Under the pieces are notes generated by a model that worked only from the letters and a program-made list of their open reading frames with translations, was not told the DNA's origin and did no database searches. A DNA stretch of 64,000 nucleotides from Octopus sinensis (lineage: Eukaryota): contig NC_043009.1 in NCBI RefSeq assembly GCF_006345805.1, forward strand, positions 11,718,001 through 11,782,000. The letters are read 5' to 3'. The first letter of the stretch is position 1, and every line of letters starts with the position of its first letter. The position numbers and the translations under genes are program-made. Positions 1 through 14,100 of this stretch are shown here, one piece after another.

Positions 1-516
1 AACTGGTACTTAATTTATTGACCCCGAAATGATGAGAGGCAAAGTCAACCTCGGAATTTGAACTCCGAACGTAATGGCAGACGAAATACCGCTAAGCATT
101 TCGCCTGGCGTGCTAACGTTTCTGCCAGCTCGCCACCTTAAAGCTGCCATACAGTTTCCATTTTCCAAATTTTAATCATAAGGCATCAATCGAGCTGAGG
201 CTACAGTAGAAGACACCCAAAATTCCACAAAGTGGAGCCAAATATCAGACCATGCGAATGCAAATCAAAACAGCTGAACTTCACAGTCACACTCCTCGCA
301 CAACTATATTCTCAGAAAAACCATTATTTACAACTAATGTCATCAGCTAGATAGTAGAAAGCAACAGAAATACGAACAGTACCAAAGTAATAAAAGTGAA
401 GGAAATCAACCAGGATAACCTGTATTGAAACCGAGACAGACTTTGCTCCTCGAGGCGAGCATGTCAACTGAAAACGAAAACAAATGACAAAAAAGATCCA
501 AACTTTTCTTTATATG

Positions 517-522
517 TTTATT
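517..522 (-). terminator. Candidate polyadenylation signal AATAAA of SDAD1
   Basis: AATAAA 14 nt after the stop, followed about 20 nt later by a U/GU-rich tract (tttttttgtcatttgttttcg on the minus strand). Confidence 0.5.
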
Positions 523-536
523 AAAAATATATACAT

Positions 537-587
537 TTATTTCCTCATTGTCCTCTGTTTCTTCAATAAAGCATCTCTTAAAGCCAC
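537..587 (-). CDS. SDAD1: SDAD1 exon 20, last coding exon ([16 protein letters not shown])
   Basis: ttccag acceptor, 51 nt including TAA at 539-537. Confidence 0.93.
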   Translation of the reverse strand: MALRDALLKKQRTMRK

Positions 588-1495
588 CTGGAAAAACAAA
601 GAGTACAGAGTAAGAATATATAGTGAGTTACAGTTTGGTAATACGAACACATAGTTCCGGGTTCAGTCCCACTGCATGGTACCTTGGGCAAGTGTCTTCT
701 ACTATAACCTCTCGATCCGACCAAAGCCTTGTGAGTGGATTTGGTAGAGAGAAACGGAAAAGAAGCCCATCGTATATATGTATATATATATATATATGTA
801 TGTATGTGTTTGTGTATCTATGTTTGTCCCCCACAACATCGCTTGACAACCAATGCTGGTGTGTTTACATGCCCATAACTTAGCGGTTCGGCAAAAGAGA
901 CCGATGGAGTAAGTACTTGGCTTATAAAGAATAAGTCCTACGGCCGATTTGCTCGACTAAAGGCAGTGCTCCAGCATGGCCACAGTCACATGACAGACAA
1001 GTAAAAGAGTAAAGAGTATCACATGACAATACATAACACACAGTTCATAGCAACTCATTACTTTGGAAAACAGTGGTGGAAATCAAACAATATCGACACT
1101 GACGAGAAATGATTTCAAATTTTAGCACAAGGCCAGCAATTTAGGGGGAGTTGATTATATCGACCCCTGCACTCAACTGGTACTTATTTCATTGGCCCCG
1201 AAAGGACGAAAGGCAAAGTTGATCTTGGTAGAATTTGAACTCAGAACATAAAGCTGGACGGAAATGCCACTAAGCATTTTGCCAAACATACTCTTTACTC
1301 TTTTACTCGTTTCAGTCATGTGACTGTGGCTATGCTGGAGCACCGCCTTTAGTCGAGCAAATCAACCCCAGGACATTGTTTTTAAGCCTAATACTTATTC
1401 TATCCGTCTCTTTTGCCAAACCGCTAAGTGATGGGGACGTAAACACACCAGCATTGGTTGTCAAGCGATGTTGGGGCACAAACACAGACACACAC

Positions 1496-1548
<53 letters not shown>

Positions 1549-4500
1549 CACACACACACACATATATACGACGGCTTCTTTCAGTTTCCGTCTACCAAAT
1601 CCACTCACAAGGCTTTGGTTGGCCAGAGGCTATAGTTGAAGACACTTGCCCAAGGTGCCACGCAGTGGGATTGAACCCAGAACCATGTGACTCATAAGCA
1701 AGCTACTTCATTTCATCTAATTTGCCACAAGGGCATCACACAGATAGCAGCTTTGCGGGCTGGACATAGACATTAATAATATGAATGATGGTAATGCAAA
1801 AATGATGATGATGGGAGAAGACGAAAAGCGCCCGCCGACCTTCGCTTCTCTAAAACAATGTTCTTTTTCCTTTATTTTCAAAAAATCGATATGAGCTACT
1901 TACCACACATCCACTCCTACACCTATGCAAATGATTCTGCCAATGCACTGCCTTAAACACTGATGAGATATTACAAGTGTTTATTACCTAGAAGAGTTCT
2001 TCATGTCACAGATTTTGGCAATAATAAGCTGAATAATATTACTGCCATTGTTTGTCAATAACAACTATCGGCGGTGTATTTTTCGTTTGTCACTGTTATT
2101 TATCACATCGTTCGTGCGTTTGTACTGGTTTTAGCTTTAAGGTTTTAGGGTTAGGATTAGGCTTTCAGGGTTAGGGTTTTAGAGTTAGGGTTGTAATAAA
2201 TAACAGTGACAAATGAAATATACATCAGCAGCAGTTCTTGTAGACAAACAACAGCAGTAATTTTATTCGGCTGAATACACGTCATTGATTGGTTGAAATT
2301 ACCAACATACGAGAACTTCAACATGAAATAACTTTATAGACATAAACTTTTCTCAAAAACGCTAAGAGTAAAAGGTGTTTTATATGACACATTCTACCAG
2401 TATACGAAGTTTGAAAGTGTTTAGCTACAAAAAATTATTTTTTAAATCTGTAGGTCAAATGGTAAAGATCCAATAATTCTAATTTTGGCACAAGGCCAGC
2501 AATTGTGAGGTGGTGGTGGAAGTAAATCACATCAACCCAGTGCTCAAATTATTGGCCCTGAAAGGATGGAGGATAAAGTCGGCCTCAGTAGAATTGGAAT
2601 TCAATATAAAGATGATTGAAATGTGAAGCATCATGTCTGGTGTGCTTGAAAATTCTGCCAGCTCACTACCATAATAATAATTCTTTCTATTACAGGCGAA
2701 AGACCTGAAATTTTGCAGGAGGGTGCAAGCCAATAATTTCAACCCCAGTGCTCAACTCGTACTTATTTCATCAACCCCAAAAGGATGAAATGCAAAGTTG
2801 ACCACGGCAGAATTCGAACTCAGAACTTAAAGACAGATAGAAATGTTGTGAAGCACTTTGGCATGTTAATTCTGCCAGCTTGCCAAGGATGTACGAGAGG
2901 ATGATAAAGAACTGAAAAAGATTGAGAATTAGAAGCTACTGGAAAATGAGATTGCAAGGCAATGAGAAAAGTAACTGTCATCCCAATAGTTGTAGAAGCA
3001 TTGGGAGCATTAAAAACTAGAAGTTTGTTGGAGAAATTGGGGTTGGCATGAGGGTAGAACATGCTCAGCAAACTGCTTTATTGAGGACAGCGAGAATTTT
3101 GAGATTGGTACTTGAATGTTAAGTATCGTAGAAGAAGACATTGTGAGACCGTTAACGACAGGTTATTGACCATCCTTACAGAATTAGCCAGAGCAAACAA
3201 AATGAAGAGCTCTGAGAAGTGAAATGACAATAATAATAAAAACTTCTCACCTGTTTTTCCCTGAAAGAACGCTTGTTTTTCTTGCCTAAAAGTTTGTGCT
3301 TGACCATCATGAAGTTCTTGTTTCTCTTCTTTTCCTTGTTAGTTGAACTGGCATTGGGATTTCGCTTCGGACGTGCTTTACCAAATTGTTCTCTCTCGGT
3401 CTTTCCAGCCTGAATATAGAGATTAAGACAAAAGCAAAAATGTGTTATTCTTTGTTCAGGAGACGACCCCTCCCACCAAGTTGCCACTCTTTTAGAATCA
3501 ACACTAACAAGTAATTCTTTTATGACACAACCACATTACAAAGTGTTTTTTCTTATAAACATCCATCATCATCATCATCATCTATGTCTGTTTTCCATGC
3601 TGGCATAGAATGGACTGTTTGACGGGTGATGGCAGGCTGGAGGGGTTTACCAGGCTCCAGTCATCTGTTTTGGCATGGTTTCTACGACTGGTTACACCTC
3701 TCAATGCCAATGCAACAAAAAAATAATGAATAATGAACTTATTGCATACAGCACTCAGGTGCACCACAACTCACCAGAAATAGAAGTCAAAAGTGCATGA
3801 ATGGAGAGGAGACCCCCCTTCAGTCATGACTGACCATGGGATTGCACCTAGAAAGTTACTCTCCCAGGCACAAGTCCGGGTAAGGTTGTTTATGGAAGAC
3901 CCATGCATACTGGCCTCCCCTCACCATGCCACCAGTGTTATCCAAAGGAAAGGCAAAGGGGCCGATTCAGCTTGGCACCTGTGATGTCGCAATTCATTTC
4001 TACAGTTGAGCGAACTGGAGCATTGTGAAATAAAGTGTCTTGCTCAAGAACACAACACGCAGCCCGGTCCGGGATTTAAACTCACAACTTCACGATCGTA
4101 AGCCCAACACTCTAACCAGTGCATGAATAGTACATAGAATAATACATAGAAAGAGAGGCGTTTAAGGTTAAAAAAAAAAGGGGGGGGTATCAGGAAGCAT
4201 GGCAGTTTTCAAGGATACAGTGTCCCATTAATGAAGATGCTTGGCACAGTGGTTAGAACATCAGGCTCACAATCACAGTGGGTTTGAACCCAAAACCACC
4301 TGGTTGCAAACTGAGCTTCATAATGACACAGCCATACCTGCTCTTATATACTTCAGAAATATGCCATCAATTAATGTCAAGTTCTTCCCATTTCATTTTA
4401 TTGTTTATGTTTAGGAATTCCAAAAAACATTCATCAAAATCTGATTACATTTATCAAATACAGCATAAATGTCATTACACCACAATCCATTATTTCAATA

Positions 4501-7500
4501 TTTATATTTTAAACTGGATCAAATTTTAAAAGCCTATATTTTACAATAGAGATTCATAAAATGCAACTTAACCATTTTGAACATAGCATAGAAGTGGCAG
4601 TGTGGTAAGTAGCTTGCTTGCGAACCACATAGTCCCGGGTTCAGTCCCACTGCATGGCACCTTGGGCAGGTGTCTTCTGCTATAGCCTTGAGCCAACCAA
4701 AGCCTTGTGAGGGGATATTTGGTAGACGGAAACTGAAAGGAGCCCGTCATACTTATGTGTGTGTATATGTGTTTGTCCCCCCAACATTGCTTGACAACCG
4801 ATGCTGGTGTGCTTACGTCCCATAACTTAGCGGTTCGGCAAAAGAGACCGATAGAATAAATACTAGACTTACAAAGAATAAGTCCTGGGGTCGATTTGTT
4901 TGACTAAAGGCGGTGCTCCTGCATGGCCACAGTCAAATGACTGAAACAAGAGAGTAAAGAGTATAGCTTAAAATTCCAGGATCCTTTATCTTTTCCTTGT
5001 TTCAGTAAATGGTCTGCAGCCATGCAGGGGTAGCAGCTTCAAGGGTTTTAGTTGAAGACACTGACCCCGGAACTTATATTTTATTAAAGTCTGGTACTTA
5101 TGCTATTGATTGTTTTGGTGAAGCCCACAAATTATGGAGATGTAAACAAACCAACACTGGATGCCAAGTAGAGCTGGAAGGAAACAAATAGAGGTACAAT
5201 GACAAACAAGTTACACGAGTAGCTGTATGGTAAGTAGCTTGCTTACCAACCACATGGTTCCGGGTTCAGTCCTACTGCGTGGCACCTTGGGCAGGTGTCT
5301 TCTGCTATAACCCCGGGCCGACCAAAGCCTTGTGAGTGGATTTGGTAGACGGAAATTGAAAGAAGCCCGTCGTATATATGTATATATGTGTTTGCGTGTC
5401 TGTGTTTGTGTCCCCAACATCGCTTGACAACCGATGCTGGTGTGTTTACGTCCCTGTAACTTAGCGGTTCAGCAAAAGAGACTGATAGAATAAGTACTAG
5501 GCTTACAAAGAATAAGTCCCAGGGTCGATTTGCTCAGCCAAAGGTGGTGCTCCAGCATGGCCGCAGTCAAATGACTGAAACAAGTAAAAGAGTAAAAGCG
5601 TATCAAAGTGAAGATTAAATCAACTTACTTGCACTGTGGCGAGACGAGCTTCTTTGTCGTGCTTTCTCTTCTTATGAATCATCTCAATCAAGGAAAGTTC
5701 AAGAATTTCTTTTCTGAAACACAAAGCAGGGAAAAATAAGGGAAATAAGAAAAAAAAAATCATTTAAGAAACAAAAGAAAATGGAGTCGCTACAGAGTCA
5801 CTCAACCTGCCAGAAACAGCAGTCAAGTTTTTAAATTATACTCTACAGTCTTAACCCTTTCGATACCAACCTGGCCGAAACCGGCTCTGGCTCTGAGTAC
5901 AAACGTCTTGTTTTCATAAGTTTTGAATTAAAATCTTCCACCAAACCTTAGTCACAATTTATGTTCCTGACACTAGCTTAAAGATAAGAAAGTTATTTTA
6001 CTAAATTCTTAGTCATATTTAAAGTAATTGAAAGAAACACAGACCATCTTAATATAAATACAGGAACAAAAGGGTCAAGGAAGGACACAATAAATAAAAC
6101 AAGTTCGTTATACATAAAAAATGGAATGATTATGATAGGAATGCCACTGATACTAGGTTTGCCAAATATGGATTGACCTGGGGCTCTAAAAAGCAGCAAC
6201 AATGGTAACTGCTCTATTGTTGGGTTGGGTTCCCTTTATCTTTTTACCCATTTATATCAGTGGTTCTTAATCATTTTCTTACTCTAGTGGACCTCCATAG
6301 GCATTATTCAATGTTTAAAAACTAATTTTATGGATACTTCTTTCAAAATTCCTGCTTTGATTTCGACACATTCACACATGCCCTTGTGTAGTCTGGACAA
6401 CGTAAACACGTTAGAGAAGGAAACTTGGTGATTTCTTGCAATATATACATCTCAATATATACATAAAGGTGACGACCTGGCAGAAACGTTAGCACGCCAG
6501 GCGAAATGCATAGCCGTATTTCGTCTGCCGTTACATTGTGAGTTCAAATTCAGGCGAGGTCGACTTTGCCTTTCATCCTTTTGGGGTTGAGTAAATAAGT
6601 ACCAGTTATGCACTGGGGTCGATATAATCGACTTAATCCGTTTGTCTGTTCTTGTTTGTCCCCTCTGTGTTTAGCCCCTTGTGGGTAGTAAAGAAATATA
6701 TATACATCCCAAGCAGAAGTTTTTCCATGTACCCTTAATATACAGCTGTGGATCTCCAACTTGAGTATTTTGTTAGTGTGGACGCCCAGGGATCATACAG
6801 ACCTTGGTTAAGAACCACTAGTTTATATACTGTGATCTAAACATATATATTTCGTTTTGGATTTGGTTTGCAAGATTCTTTATACGAGTTCATGTGTTGA
6901 AGCATATTCTGTTGTGTCTGGGGAGAGTCATTTTCTTTTTGTGCCTTATTATGTAACACATTCACCGGTAAAAAAAAATATAAAAATAAAAATAAGAATT
7001 AAGTGGAAATTTTACCGGTGAGTGAGGCACAAAAAGAAAATGACTCTCCCTAAACATATATATATTGCTATGTAACTTTCACTCAAATAGACTAAATTTA
7101 TGTTCATTCTAGAATGAATGGCACCTAAGCACCCTTTGAACATTGGGACTAGCAGAGGCAATAACAAGTATCCAAGACCTTTGGCAATATATTGAGCTTC
7201 AGAAGACCTGTCAGGCCAAGTGAGATTGAAGTCGTGGTCGGTGCCAGTGTTGTGTAAATGGCACCTGTGCCAGTAGCAGGTAAAACGCACCCATTACACT
7301 CTTGGAGTGGTTGGTGTTAGCAAGGGTGTCCAGCTGTGGAAACCATGCGAATTCAGATTGGAACCTGATACAGCTCGCAAGCTTACCAAGTTTTTTGAGT
7401 CAAGCCATTCAACCCATGCTAGCATGAAAAACTGATGGATGGTGATGATGATGATTTTACTGTTCGGCCTCATCATCACTGTTTTACAGTCTACCTGTTC

Positions 7501-9618
7501 ATGCTTGCATGGGTCAGATGGAATTTAGTAAGGTGGATTTCCCACACCTGGGTGCCTTTCCTGTCACTAACACTCACCTGTTTCCATGCAATGTGATATT
7601 TCTCCCATGATGGTGACCCTTGCTTACAACTATCATGCAATGCCAAGACAAGGAAACAGACACACACACGCACACACACAATGGGCTTCTTTCAGTTTCT
7701 GTCACCAAATCCACTCGCAAGCCTTGGGTGGCTTTGGGTTATAGAAGGCCCTTGTCCACGGTGCCAGTGAAGGAGGATGTTCTGAAATAACAGTTGCTGG
7801 ATTAAAAATAGGAAGGAAGAAATCCAGAGAGACATAACCTCTGCTGGCAACAAAAGGTCCCTCTTTCCAAATGAAAAATAGATCATATGATGCTTGTGTA
7901 CAAACAGCAAAGTTAGATGGTTGTGAGACATGGTTCTTGAATGAGGGGGGCATGGAAAGACTCGAGAGGAATGAAACTGGTATGCTCTGTTGAATGTGTG
8001 GTATCAATGGGTGTGTACAATAAAGTACTAATGTATTGAGAGTGAAAAAATTAGGCAAAAGTGTAATCTGATGTAGTGTGCTGGTGTGGTCATGTGATAT
8101 GTATGGATGGGGACAGCTGGACAAAGGAGCACTAGGGACAGAAATTGGATGGATCTTGTGGGAGAGGGAGACCTTGGAAGACATGGGATGAAGTAGTGAA
8201 AGCTGATCAAGATGCTGGATCTTACAGAGATGACAAAAGACCGAGATGATTGGTAATTAGTTGTGCTTCGGTAGACCCATCCTTCAGAGCAGAAATGACA
8301 TACTTAAACCACCAAGGTTTTGCTTGTATGTGGGAGTCCTGCTCCAACCTTTCTCTCAGCTCTCTCTCAAGTATTTCCCTGACATCTCATCTCTTAACAC
8401 CCACCACTTTTCCCTCTGTGATACTTCTTGGCTGATGTAATCATCTCAGAGTAGGAATAAGCACACATTTCATCCTCTTCTCTTCTGGTTACTTCCATAA
8501 CTCCACCCCCGAACCACTTCCATTTCTCAATACCATCCCTGCCCATACCATTTCCACCAATCATTTCCTTTCTGTGCCTTCAGTCACACCTTCTCTCTCT
8601 CCTTCTGTACTCCATTCCTAACACCTCTCTTATCTGCGATCACTCTCAATGCCCACTTATATCAACCATCACGACCTACATACCATAGACTGCCCCTCAC
8701 CCTACCAAACCACTCCTCTCTCACCCCCCCACCTTATGTTTACTTCTACCCCCATTTCTAAACCATCTCCGATCATACTTTTATAAACCCCCACCCTCAC
8801 TCACGATCCACTCTCCACATCCCGTCACCAGCATTTGTCTTCTTTCCAGCTGCTCACAACACCTCTTAGATAATGTGGTGTGGTTTTGTATCTCTTGAAC
8901 AGGGCACTTGGGTTTGTCCTTCCTTCACACACAAGCACCTGCAACACCTGGTAAAAACCCTGCTCAAATACTAATACTAACCCCTTCATTTACTCAAGCA
9001 GGCTCTTTTCTTTTACCCCTACTTTTCCTTCTCTTCCTTTTCTTTTCTTATCTCACAGTCAGTCACTTAGCAACCTCACTAATGCCAGAGGGGTGTAAGG
9101 GCATGAAAATAGCACCCAGTACACTCTCCCAAGTGGTTGGTGTTAAGGTCATCCAGCTGTAGATACCAAGCCAAAGCTGACATTGGAGATCTCTGCAACC
9201 CTGCAGCTTACCAGGTCCTGCAAAGCCATCCACAGCAGCTAGAAAAATAAATGTTAAATGTAGGAATGGCTGTATAGTAAGAAGCTTGCTTCCCAACAAC
9301 CACATGGTTCCGGGTTCAGTCCCACTGTGTGGCACCTTGGACATGTGACTTCTACTATAGCCTTGGGCCGACCAAAGCATTGAGTGGATTTGGTAGATGA
9401 TGTGTGTGTGTTTGTCCCCACCAACATCGCTTGACAACTGATGCTGGTGTGTTTACGTCCCCGTCACTTAGTGGTTCGGCAAAAGAGACAGATAGAATAA
9501 GTACTAGGCTGGCAAGGAATAAGTCCTGGGGTCGATTTGCTCGACTAAAGGTGGTGCTCCAGCATGGCCGCAGTCAAATGACTGAGACAATTGAAAGAGT
9601 AAAAGAGTACTGACATAT

Positions 9619-9650
<32 letters not shown>

Positions 9651-12600
9651 TTGAGTGTACAAATAGGGAAAAAATAAAGCAAAAGAAAGTAATGATTACA
9701 TGCGCCATAGTTTATTAACTTGTTCAAAGCCAAAGGCATGTAATAATCGTACACACACAATACATAAGAGAAGAATGAAAAAAAAGGAAGCATGATAAAG
9801 ATCACACACACACACACACACACACACGTAAGTTAAGAGGAAAAAAAAATGTAGAGAGAGAAATTAAACATAGGACAGACAGACAGACTTCGTAGTGTGA
9901 GTCAATAATGTAGATAACATAGAAGAGAAGATCATGCACCTAATAATTACTTTATGAAAGATTGGAAACGAAAAACAAAAAAAGAAATATTGTCGGTTAT
10001 AACTATTTTGCAAGGCAGGGGTGGAGACGGGGGTAAGTTTTCTTCTTGAGTATAGAGTTACAAATTTTCTTTTCTGATTTCCTTTTTTTGGGTTTTTTTT
10101 CTTTTTTTCTTTTTCTCGACAGTGTATCGGGGTGGAGGTGCGTTTAGAAGAGTGTGAGGGAAGATTGGTTAGAAATGAGAGTAGAAGTATAAGAAAAGAA
10201 CGATGGTGAGAGAGGAGTCGTTCGTAGGGGTGGGACGGGTGCTTTATGGTATTTAAATTTTTTCATTTTTCTTTTGTCAGTGCAAGGTTAATACAAATTA
10301 AAATAATTAATTGAAATCTAGGAAATATACTTATTTAGTATTTGTTTGCTCTTTATTCATCATCATCATTTAACGCCCACATTCTGTCACGACTGTAACT
10401 GCCGCCATCATCATCATCATCATCAGTGAGTTCTTAAGTTATGAATTTAGCATAATAATTTATTTCTTTACTGTCCACAAGGGGCTAAACACAGAGGGGA
10501 CAAACGGATTAAGTCGATTACATCGACCCCAGTGCGTAACTGGTACTTATTTAAATCAACCCCAAAAGGATGAAAGGCAAAGTCGACCTCGGCGGAATTT
10601 GAACTCAGAACGTAACGGCAGACTAAATACCGCTAAGCATTTCGCCCGGCGTGCTAACGGTTCTGCCAGTTCACCGCCTTGGGATTTAGCATAATAATTA
10701 TGATGATGTCTACAATCCATTAGCAACAGAGATGAATCACCTATAAGTCTGCTTTGTAAAAAAAATATTCCTCAAAACATTGATGTAGCTGTCATCGACA
10801 AATAAAGCATCTGTGAAGTCGTGTGGCTTAGTGGTTAGATTATTCAGCTCACAATCATAAGGTAGTGAGTTCAATACCTGGTGGCATGAAATGTCCTTGA
10901 GCAAGACACTTCATTTCACATTGTTCCGGTTCACTTAGCTGGCAAAAATGAGTAATATCATATAAGTATTTCAAAAGGTCATTCTGTGTGTTACATTCCA
11001 TGTGATACCGAATCTCCCAGACGAAATACCGCTAAGCATTTCGACCGGCGTGCTAACGTTTCTGCCAGCTCGCCGTCTTTGACGGTCATTCTTGGTGACC
11101 AACCATTACAAACACTACCAGAATTACATCCCAAGGGTAAAGCTTCTTCCTCCCCAGGACCAGAAAATATTTCCTTCTGTTTAACCCTTTAGCATTCAGA
11201 TTACTCTGTCAAATGTGATACTTGTTAAGGGTATGCGTGTCTGTGGAGTAATCAGCCATGTGCTCATTAATTTCATGAACAGGTTGTTCCGTGATTAGAT
11301 CAAGTGGAACACTTGTTGCCATAATCAACAGAGCGCCAGTTATTTTTTAACTTTTCGCTTCACTGACACCTGTGTCAGTGGCATGTGTAAAAAGATTCGA
11401 GCGAGGTCATTGCCAGTACCGCCTGACTGGCCCCCGTGCAGGTGGCACATAAAAAGCACCTACTACACTCTCGGAGTGGTTGGCGTTAGGAAGGGCATCC
11501 AGCTGTAGAAACTCTGCCAGATCAAGACTGGAGCCTGGTGCAGCCATCTGGTTGCCAGCCCTCAGTCAAAACCGTCCAACCCATGCTAGCATGGAAAACG
11601 GACGTTAAATGATGATGATGATAAAGTATCTACCATATGCACAGGTCACTGTTCTCACACATGCAGCCATGATTATTAAAGCAAGGAAAAAATTTACAGT
11701 AGATAATAAACAAAGATAGGACTTTAAGAGACCTTATATGGTAATATAGGTCCAAAGTTAATAAAAAAACTGTAAGTAGTTTAGTAGGTATGCAGTCGAT
11801 AGTCTTTAATTTGAAATTAAAATTTCTGAAAACCTTCCAAATAGGAAATAGCTTTGAGTGAGAAAAACACTACAAAAGAGTAATTCCTGGAATTTTCACT
11901 TTCAACAAAACATTCTTATACAGATGATATCACCCTGCACACAAGTGTCAGCCACGTGCAACCTAGACATTTCACAACCAGACGTGCCTGTACATATCCT
12001 GGGCTCCACCCTACACAACCAAACCCATTAATCTTATCACTTTGTCCTTCCCTTTCTTACTAATTCACTTACCTTTCACCTGCCCCAGTCCTCAGTTACA
12101 TTAACAGCGGCGAGCTGGCAGAAATGTTAACACACCAGGCGAAATGCTTTGTGGTATTTCGTTTGCCGTTACGTTCTGAGTTCAAATTCCGCCGAGGTCG
12201 ACTTTGCCTTTCATCCTTTTGGTATCAATTAATTAAGTACCAGTTACGCACTGGGGTCGATATAATCAACTTAATCCATTTGTCTGTCCTTGTTTGTCCC
12301 CTCTGTGTCCAGCCCCTAGTGGGCAATAAAGAAATAAACAGGGTTTACCCTGTCAACTTTCTCCAATACCATTCTGAATTGTTTGAAAGGGTTAAAATAG
12401 AAAATTCCAAATCATCCACCAATGGAGTGTTAACAACAGCATCTCTTCCGAAAGTAGGCAAAAGAAAACCATTCCACTCCAAGACTACACCTTATCTTCT
12501 CTTCATCAACACATAATAAAACCCCTCAAACTCTCCACAACCTCTGTCGGTCATTCTTATTTCTTTATTGCCCACAAGGGGCTACACACAGAGGGGACAA

Positions 12601-14069
12601 ACAAGGACAGACAAAGGAATTAAGTCGACTATATTGACCCCAGTGCATAATTGGTATTTAATTTATTGACCCCGAAAGGATGAAAAGCAAAGTCGACCTT
12701 GGCGGAATTTGAACCCAGAACGTAGTGGCAGACGAAATACCTATTTCTTTACTACCGACAAGGGGCTAAACACAGAGGGGACGAACAAGGACAGACAAAC
12801 GGATTAATTTGAACCCAGAATGTAATGGCAGACGAAATACCTATTTCTTTACTACCGACAAGGGGCTAAACACAGAGGGGACGAACAAGGACAGGCAAAT
12901 GGATTAAGTCGATTACATCGACCCCAGTGCATAACTGGTACTTGATTTATTGACCCCGAAAGGATGAAAAGCAAAGTCAACCTCGGCAGAATTTGAACTC
13001 AGAATGTAACGGCAGATGAAATACCGCTAAGCATTTCGCCTGCCGCGCTAACGTTTCTGCCAGCTCGCCGCCTTTGACGGTCACTCTTGGTGACCGACCA
13101 TTACAAACACTACCAGAATTACATCCCAAGGGTAAAGCTTCTTCCTCCCCAGGACCAGAAAATATTTCCTTCTGTTTAACCCTTTAGCATTCAGATTACT
13201 CTCTCAAATGCGATACATATTTATTCACAATGCTTTGAATTATTCAGCTTCAAGATTTCAATGATGTGCTTGTGTATATTTTTAGAATGACATTGTAAAG
13301 TAAGTGAGAGAGGCCAGATCTGACCAGTTTGAGCATTAGACAGGAAGAATATTTGCGTTGGATATGACCAGTTTAAATACTAAAAGGTTAATTGTTGAAT
13401 ATTTGTACCACTTTTAAAAAAGCAATTTATAATCGTGGAAAGAGAATCCAAAGTAGATCTTAGTCACTGCTTAAAAGACAAAATGGTCAAAGAACATGAA
13501 TTAATTGGGGCTTACCTTGGTGCCAGCTCTTTTTCAAGAGCTTCATCAGCACGCTTCCTCTTGCGTTTCTGTACAGGATCCAATTGCTTTTTCACCAAAG
13601 CATGGTTGATCTTCTCAAAGTCAATCTCTGTAAAAATCCTTGTATCTGATATTTGCAAAGCAGATTGTTTCTTCTCTTCCAGTTCCTGCTTGACCAAAAC
13701 CTTTGCTTTTGAAACTTTTACTTTCTTCTGTTTGGTTTTGGTATCTTTTGGAACCTCAGATTTCTAGAAGCAAAGGAAAGAAAATATCCATTTACAAATG
13801 AAAATTAATTGGTTTATGAAACTGGCCCCCAAAAAGATCAGAGTACATATTTATGCTAGCATGGTTCAGTGGATCTGAATGACATCTACATAACTTGAAG
13901 GAACATTTGTTTTGTGTGGTAAGTAGCTTGCTAACCAACCACATGGTTCCGGGTTCAGTCCTACTGCGAAGCATCTTGGGCAAGTGTCTTCTGCTGTAGC
14001 CCCGGGCCGACCAATGCCTTGTGAGTGGATTTAGTAGACGGAAACTGAAAGAAGCCCGTCGTATATATG

Positions 14070-14100
<31 letters not shown>

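Noticed and set aside
2145-2192. Degenerate (TTAGGG)n as a telomere or fusion relic
   Set aside because: Short, degenerate and internal to a dispersed TIR element family.
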